Source of the DNA: Mycobacterium tuberculosis H37Rv
GTDB lineage: Bacteria > Actinomycetota > Actinomycetes > Mycobacteriales > Mycobacteriaceae
DNA: 32,000 bases
NCBI RefSeq assembly: GCF_000195955.2
Contig: NC_000962.3
Coordinates: forward strand, 600,001-632,000
Reading direction: 5' to 3'
Positions 27,252-32,000 of this stretch are shown here, in pieces. Below the pieces are notes generated by a model. That model was not told where the DNA came from, ran no database searches, and saw nothing but the letters and a program-made list of their open reading frames with translations. Each line of letters opens with the position of its first letter. The stretch's first letter is position 1. The position numbers were made by a program, and so were the translations under genes.

Positions 27252-28288
27252 GGGTGCTGCTGACCGGCGCGGCCGGCTTCATCGGGTCGCGCGTGGATGC
27301 GGCGTTACGGGCTGCGGGTCACGACGTGGTGGGCGTCGACGCGCTGCTGCCCGCCGCGCACGGGCCAAACCCGGTGCTGCCACCGGGCTGCCAGCGGGTC
27401 GACGTGCGCGACGCCAGCGCGCTGGCCCCGTTGTTGGCCGGTGTCGATCTGGTGTGTCACCAGGCCGCCATGGTGGGTGCCGGCGTCAACGCCGCCGACG
27501 CACCCGCCTATGGCGGCCACAACGATTTCGCCACCACGGTGCTGCTGGCGCAGATGTTCGCCGCCGGGGTCCGCCGTTTGGTGCTGGCGTCGTCGATGGT
27601 GGTTTACGGGCAGGGGCGCTATGACTGTCCCCAGCATGGACCGGTCGACCCGCTGCCGCGGCGGCGAGCCGACCTGGACAATGGGGTCTTCGAGCACCGT
27701 TGCCCGGGGTGCGGCGAGCCAGTCATCTGGCAATTGGTCGACGAGGATGCCCCGTTGCGCCCGCGCAGCCTGTACGCGGCCAGCAAGACCGCGCAGGAGC
27801 ACTACGCGCTGGCGTGGTCGGAAGCGAGTGGCGGTTCGGTGGTGGCGTTGCGCTACCACAACGTCTACGGCCCCGGCATGCCGCGCGACACCCCCTACTC
27901 CGGAGTGGCCGCGATCTTCCGCTCGGCGGTTGAAAAAGGCAAGCCACCAAAGGTTTTCGAAGACGGCGGCCAGATGCGGGACTTCGTGCACGTGGACGAC
28001 GTGGCCGCGGCGAACCTCGCCGCGGTGCATCTGGGTGAAGCGGACCGCGACGGGTTTACCGCGGTCAACGTCTGTTCCGGGCGCCCCATCTCGATCCTTC
28101 AGGTGGCAACCGCGATATGCGACGCCCGCGGTGGCTCGATGTCCCCGGCCATCACCGGGCACTACCGCAGCGGCGACGTGCGCCACATTGTCGCCGATCC
28201 CGCGCGGGCCGCCCGCGTGCTCGGGTTCCGCGCGGCCGTCGATCCAGGCGAAGGACTGCGTGAGTTCGCGTTCGCGCCGCTTCGCTGA
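27248..28288 (+). CDS. galE3: NAD-dependent sugar epimerase/dehydratase (extended SDR, GalE-like)
   Basis: [35 protein letters not shown]; YAASKTAQEHYALAW (YxxxK); LRYHNVYGPGMPRD; 4-nt ATGA overlap with the upstream gene. Confidence 0.94.
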   Translation: MRVLLTGAAGFIGSRVDAALRAAGHDVVGVDALLPAAHGPNPVLPPGCQRVDVRDASALAPLLAGVDLVCHQAAMVGAGVNAADAPAYGGHNDFATTVLLAQMFAAGVRRLVLASSMVVYGQGRYDCPQHGPVDPLPRRRADLDNGVFEHRCPGCGEPVIWQLVDEDAPLRPRSLYAASKTAQEHYALAWSEASGGSVVALRYHNVYGPGMPRDTPYSGVAAIFRSAVEKGKPPKVFEDGGQMRDFVHVDDVAAANLAAVHLGEADRDGFTAVNVCSGRPISILQVATAICDARGGSMSPAITGHYRSGDVRHIVADPARAARVLGFRAAVDPGEGLREFAFAPLR

Positions 28289-28297
28289 CCGCTCGAG

Positions 28298-29731
28298 CTA
28301 CGACGAGTGGTCCGGCGGCCGGTAGATCTTCGGCCGCACTGGGTGCGTCGACCCAGCTGACCTGAAAATCCGGGGGGATCCAGCAGGCCGGGACAGCGCC
28401 GGGGTGTGCGGGGGTTGCGGCAGCTGGCGCAGCCTGCCGATGACGATGGCCGCCGCGAGGATGCTGAGCGCCAGGCCGCACAGCACCACATCGAAGGTGC
28501 TGGTGATCTGCTGGGCAAGATCGTTTCCGTAGACGGGGTGAGCCGACCCGCCCGAAGATGCCTGGAATCGCGGAGCCAGGACGACGCCGACGATGACGCG
28601 CGAAACGGTGAATGTGCATAGCAATCCGCACAGCGACGAGATCAGCCTCGCGGGCAGGGCCTCGGTCGCCATGTTGAAGCGAAGCCAGATCGCTAGGACC
28701 GCGGTGGCCAGATCGAACGCAGCCAGCGCCATGCTGTCGTAGCGCGAGAACGGATAATTCAACAGCACCGCGACGACGAGGTCGGTCAACCGCATCGCTA
28801 CCGAGCCCAGGCACCACACGGCGATGAGCAGCAAGCCGTTTCGGGACGCTGCCCGCCACACGGTTTTGTCGATCGGTGGCGCGTTCGGGGACCTGAACAG
28901 GGTCAGCGGCGCACACATTGCCGCGGCCGCGGCCCACACCAGATAACCCTCGTATCCCACGCCGGCCGTCGACGTGTTTTGGGCAATGCCGTGGAACGCG
29001 TCGATCTCGCGGCCGATGGGAAGGCTCCACACGATGGACCCGGCGATCAGGGTGGAGCCACCCAGCGCCACGGTTGAGAGCGCTTCGGCCGCTGTAGGCC
29101 GAAGCAGCCACCGGGACGCGACCAGCACGGCGGCCAGGGCTACCACGCCGTACACCACCGCCGTGTCGATGACCGCGAGGTTCTGTTTGCCAAAACCGGA
29201 CGCGCCGGCCGCGGGCTCCAACGCGTACCTGACCCGCCAGCTCAGGTTGAAACCGGTGCTGAGGGCCGCACCCAACATAGACGCGTAGCCGAGGAACTGG
29301 GTGGCCCGCAGCCACCTGCTGTGGCTGCCCTCATCGGTGGTAGCGCCGGTTAGCGCCGGTTGCGCGCTCAACAGCGCGCCGGTGATCCCCAGCCATCCCC
29401 CCGGCCCGACACCACCGGGCACGTGGACGGTGCCGCCGAGTCGAATCGTCTGGATCGCGTCGAACACCACGAAGGCCAGCACCAGCAGCAGATAGGGGAC
29501 GTTGAGGCCCAGGCGAAGCTGTGAGCGCCTCCCGGCGAAGGTCACGGCAAGCGATGCCAAAGAGAGCGATGTCACCGCCAGCAGCAACCCGAACACGGTC
29601 TTGCTGCTGTCCGGGATTCGGAAACCGAAATACAGGTTCCATGGGAAAAACAGCGCACCGATGAGCAGGGCACCAGCGGCCAAGTCGCGGACGACCTCGC
29701 GTCGTCGGGTGTCGTCGCTGCTCAGGCCCAC
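28298..29731 (-). CDS. Polytopic integral membrane protein (Rv0537c-like)
   Basis: 477 aa with about 11 hydrophobic segments (LAAGALLIGALFFPWNLYFGF, LLLVLAFVVFDAI, TVVYGVVALAAVLVASRWLL, ...). Confidence 0.85.
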   Translation of the reverse strand: MGLSSDDTRRREVVRDLAAGALLIGALFFPWNLYFGFRIPDSSKTVFGLLLAVTSLSLASLAVTFAGRRSQLRLGLNVPYLLLVLAFVVFDAIQTIRLGGTVHVPGGVGPGGWLGITGALLSAQPALTGATTDEGSHSRWLRATQFLGYASMLGAALSTGFNLSWRVRYALEPAAGASGFGKQNLAVIDTAVVYGVVALAAVLVASRWLLRPTAAEALSTVALGGSTLIAGSIVWSLPIGREIDAFHGIAQNTSTAGVGYEGYLVWAAAAAMCAPLTLFRSPNAPPIDKTVWRAASRNGLLLIAVWCLGSVAMRLTDLVVAVLLNYPFSRYDSMALAAFDLATAVLAIWLRFNMATEALPARLISSLCGLLCTFTVSRVIVGVVLAPRFQASSGGSAHPVYGNDLAQQITSTFDVVLCGLALSILAAAIVIGRLRQLPQPPHTPALSRPAGSPRIFRSAGSTHPVRPKIYRPPDHSS

Positions 29732-29960
29732 GATGCCCCCCGGGAATCAAGAACGGTTGGCGCCGAGTCGGTCCTGTGGTGGCGTGGGTGCACCCGGCCG
29801 GGCCGACTGCGTTGCTCGCTTGCGAACATAGTCTCCGTTCCGACGACGCGGCAGTGGCGCAGAACACGCGGTTGGGCGGATCTCGTTTGCCCGGTGACCG
29901 TCCCGCTGTTTGCGAACCCGGTTACGCTGCGGTCATAGGCGAACGCTGTCGCCGAATTAC

Positions 29961-29980
29961 CGATACTGCCGACGGTATCG
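29961..29980. promoter_or_regulatory. Dyad symmetry CGATAC-N8-GTATCG in the divergent intergenic region
   Basis: Perfect 6-bp inverted arms (29961-29966 and 29975-29980) between divergent genes at 29731 and 30040. Confidence 0.35.
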
Positions 29981-30039
29981 CAGTGTAACGATGCCGGGAC
30001 ATTGCTGGTTGTGGGGTAGCCAGCCGAAGGAGAGCCGCG

Positions 30040-31686
30040 ATGGACGTCGCTTTGGGGGTTGCGGTCACGGATCGGGTCGCGCGTCTGGCGCTGGTCGACT
30101 CGGCTGCGCCCGGCACCGTGATCGACCAGTTCGTGCTCGATGTGGCCGAGCACCCGGTCGAGGTGTTAACCGAGACCGTGGTGGGCACGGATCGGTCATT
30201 GGCCGGCGAAAACCACCGGCTGGTCGCTACCCGGCTGTGTTGGCCGGATCAGGCCAAAGCTGACGAGCTGCAGCACGCACTGCAGGACTCCGGGGTCCAC
30301 GACGTTGCCGTGATATCCGAGGCGCAGGCCGCCACGGCGCTGGTCGGGGCGGCACATGCCGGCTCTGCCGTGCTGTTGGTGGGTGATGAGACGGCAACCT
30401 TATCGGTGGTTGGTGACCCGGACGCGCCGCCGACGATGGTGGCCGTCGCGCCGGTGGCGGGCGCCGACGCCACATCGACCGTCGATACCCTGATGGCCCG
30501 GCTCGGCGACCAGGCCCTCGCCCCGGGGGATGTCTTCCTGGTGGGTAGGTCCGCCGAGCACACCACGGTTCTTGCCGACCAGCTGCGCGCGGCGTCGACG
30601 ATGCGCGTGCAGACTCCCGACGACCCCACGTTCGCGCTGGCCCGTGGCGCGGCGATGGCGGCCGGCGCCGCTACGATGGCGCACCCGGCCCTGGTCGCGG
30701 ATGCGACCACTTCGCTCCCCCGGGCCGAGGCGGGGCAATCGGGTTCTGAAGGCGAGCAGCTGGCGTACTCGCAGGCCAGCGATTACGAGCTGCTTCCGGT
30801 CGACGAATATGAGGAACACGACGAATACGGGGCAGCCGCGGATCGCTCGGCGCCGTTGAGCCGACGGTCGCTGCTGATCGGCAACGCTGTCGTGGCCTTT
30901 GCGGTGATCGGTTTCGCCTCGCTGGCGGTGGCGGTGGCGGTCACCATCCGACCGACCGCGGCCTCAAAACCGGTAGAGGGACACCAAAACGCCCAGCCAG
31001 GGAAGTTCATGCCGTTGTTGCCGACGCAACAGCAGGCGCCGGTCCCGCCGCCTCCGCCCGATGATCCCACCGCTGGATTCCAGGGCGGCACCATTCCGGC
31101 TGTACAGAACGTGGTGCCGCGGCCGGGTACCTCACCCGGGGTGGGTGGGACGCCGGCTTCGCCTGCGCCGGAAGCGCCGGCCGTGCCCGGTGTTGTGCCT
31201 GCCCCGGTGCCAATCCCGGTCCCGATCATCATTCCCCCGTTCCCGGGTTGGCAGCCTGGAATGCCGACCATCCCCACCGCACCGCCGACGACGCCGGTGA
31301 CCACGTCGGCGACGACGCCGCCGACCACGCCGCCGACCACGCCGGTGACCACGCCGCCAACGACGCCGCCGACCACGCCGGTGACCACGCCGCCAACGAC
31401 GCCGCCGACCACGCCGGTGACCACGCCACCAACGACCGTCGCCCCGACGACCGTCGCCCCGACGACGGTCGCTCCGACCACCGTCGCCCCGACCACGGTC
31501 GCTCCAGCCACCGCCACGCCGACGACCGTCGCTCCGCAGCCGACGCAGCAGCCCACGCAACAACCAACCCAACAGATGCCAACCCAGCAGCAGACCGTGG
31601 CCCCGCAGACGGTGGCGCCGGCTCCGCAGCCGCCGTCCGGTGGCCGCAACGGCAGCGGCGGGGGCGACTTATTCGGCGGGTTCTGA
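30040..31686 (+). CDS. Thr/Pro-rich protein with actin-like-ATPase-resembling N-domain and one TM segment (Rv0538-like)
   Basis: 548 aa; MDVALGVAVTDRVARLALVDS...; TM LLIGNAVVAFAVIGFASLAVAVAVTI; long TTPP/VAPTT low-complexity tail. Confidence 0.88.
   Translation: MDVALGVAVTDRVARLALVDSAAPGTVIDQFVLDVAEHPVEVLTETVVGTDRSLAGENHRLVATRLCWPDQAKADELQHALQDSGVHDVAVISEAQAATALVGAAHAGSAVLLVGDETATLSVVGDPDAPPTMVAVAPVAGADATSTVDTLMARLGDQALAPGDVFLVGRSAEHTTVLADQLRAASTMRVQTPDDPTFALARGAAMAAGAATMAHPALVADATTSLPRAEAGQSGSEGEQLAYSQASDYELLPVDEYEEHDEYGAAADRSAPLSRRSLLIGNAVVAFAVIGFASLAVAVAVTIRPTAASKPVEGHQNAQPGKFMPLLPTQQQAPVPPPPPDDPTAGFQGGTIPAVQNVVPRPGTSPGVGGTPASPAPEAPAVPGVVPAPVPIPVPIIIPPFPGWQPGMPTIPTAPPTTPVTTSATTPPTTPPTTPVTTPPTTPPTTPVTTPPTTPPTTPVTTPPTTVAPTTVAPTTVAPTTVAPTTVAPATATPTTVAPQPTQQPTQQPTQQMPTQQQTVAPQTVAPAPQPPSGGRNGSGGGDLFGGF
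31297..31431 (+). repeat. 36-bp coding tandem repeat (VTTPPTTPPTTP)n
   Basis: GTGACCACG units begin at 31345, 31381 and 31417 (36-bp period), preceded by a 48-bp variant unit at 31297. Confidence 0.85.
31438..31512 (+). repeat. 15-bp coding tandem repeat (VAPTT)x5 with degenerate extension
   Basis: GTCGC[C/T]CCGAC[G/C]AC[C/G] repeated every 15 bp, then VAPATATPTTVAP. Confidence 0.85.
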
Positions 31687-31718
31687 TCACGGTCGCGGCT
31701 TCACTACGGTCGGAGGAC

Positions 31719-32000
31719 ATGGCCGGTGATGCGGTGACGGTGGTGCTGCCCTGTCTCAACGAGGAGGAGTCACTCCCGGCGGTGCTGGCCGCGATCCCGG
31801 CCGGCTATCGGGCGCTAGTGGTGGACAACAACAGCACCGATGACACCGCGACGGTGGCCGCCCGCCACGGTGCCCAGGTGGTTGTCGAGCCGCGGCCCGG
31901 ATACGGCTCGGCGGTGCATGCCGGTGTGCTCGCCGCGACCACCCCCATCGTAGCGGTCATCGACGCCGACGGCTCGATGGATGCCGGCGACTTGCCCAAG
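31719..32000 (+). CDS. Family 2 glycosyltransferase, dolichyl-/polyprenyl-phosphate sugar synthase-like (partial at window end)
   Basis: MAGDAVTVVLPCLNEEESLPAVLAAIPAGYRALVVDNNSTDDTATVAARHGAQVVVEPRPGYGSAVHAGVLAATTPIVAVIDADGSMDAGDLPK, open at the window end. Confidence 0.93.
   Translation, partial: MAGDAVTVVLPCLNEEESLPAVLAAIPAGYRALVVDNNSTDDTATVAARHGAQVVVEPRPGYGSAVHAGVLAATTPIVAVIDADGSMDAGDLPK

Noticed and set aside
27297-28325. 342-aa +1-frame ORF over galE3
   Set aside because: Shadow frame; the galE3 frame carries the NAD-binding and YxxxK motifs.
28152-29315. 387-aa plus-strand ORF antisense to the Rv0537c-like gene
   Set aside because: The minus strand codes a convincing polytopic membrane protein; the plus ORF is Arg/His/Pro-rich without domains.
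31297-31512. CRISPR-like regularly spaced repeats
   Set aside because: Repeats are contiguous, in frame and protein-coding (Thr/Pro), with no unique spacers.
1-32000. A complete novel defence, secretion or biosynthetic system
   Set aside because: Gene content is well-recognised mycobacterial housekeeping and membrane genes; no cluster of uncharacterised co-oriented enzymes, toxin-antitoxin pair or phage module was evident.

Overview
The gene order and protein sequences match, from recall, the Mycobacterium tuberculosis complex chromosome segment mmpL2(3' end)-Rv0508-hemA-hemC-hemD-hemB-Rv0513 to Rv0519c-Rv0520/21-gabP-Rv0523c-hemL-Rv0525-resA/ccdA/resB/ccsA-Rv0530-Rv0531-PE_PGRS6-fabH-menA-mtnP-galE3-Rv0537c-Rv0538-Rv0539(5' end). 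The content is mostly housekeeping: tetrapyrrole synthesis, System II cytochrome c maturation and menaquinone synthesis. I see no RNA genes, CRISPR array, prophage, or convincing novel defence or biosynthetic system. The second-look items are: (1) a roughly 60-bp imperfect palindromic element present twice, between hemD and hemB and between fabH and menA, with a shared core and near-identical spacing; (2) a 54-nt in-frame insertion with perfect 7-bp terminal inverted repeats inside hemL; (3) a decayed SAM methyltransferase with at least two single-base frameshifts; (4) a gabP 5' end that codes conserved-looking residues upstream of the ATG but has no usable start codon; (5) a C-terminal frameshift in PE_PGRS6 at a C/G homopolymer junction, pushing the ORF into the fabH 3' end; (6) two small single-TM ORFs missing from the ORF track; (7) coding tandem repeats in the Rv0538-like Thr/Pro-rich protein.
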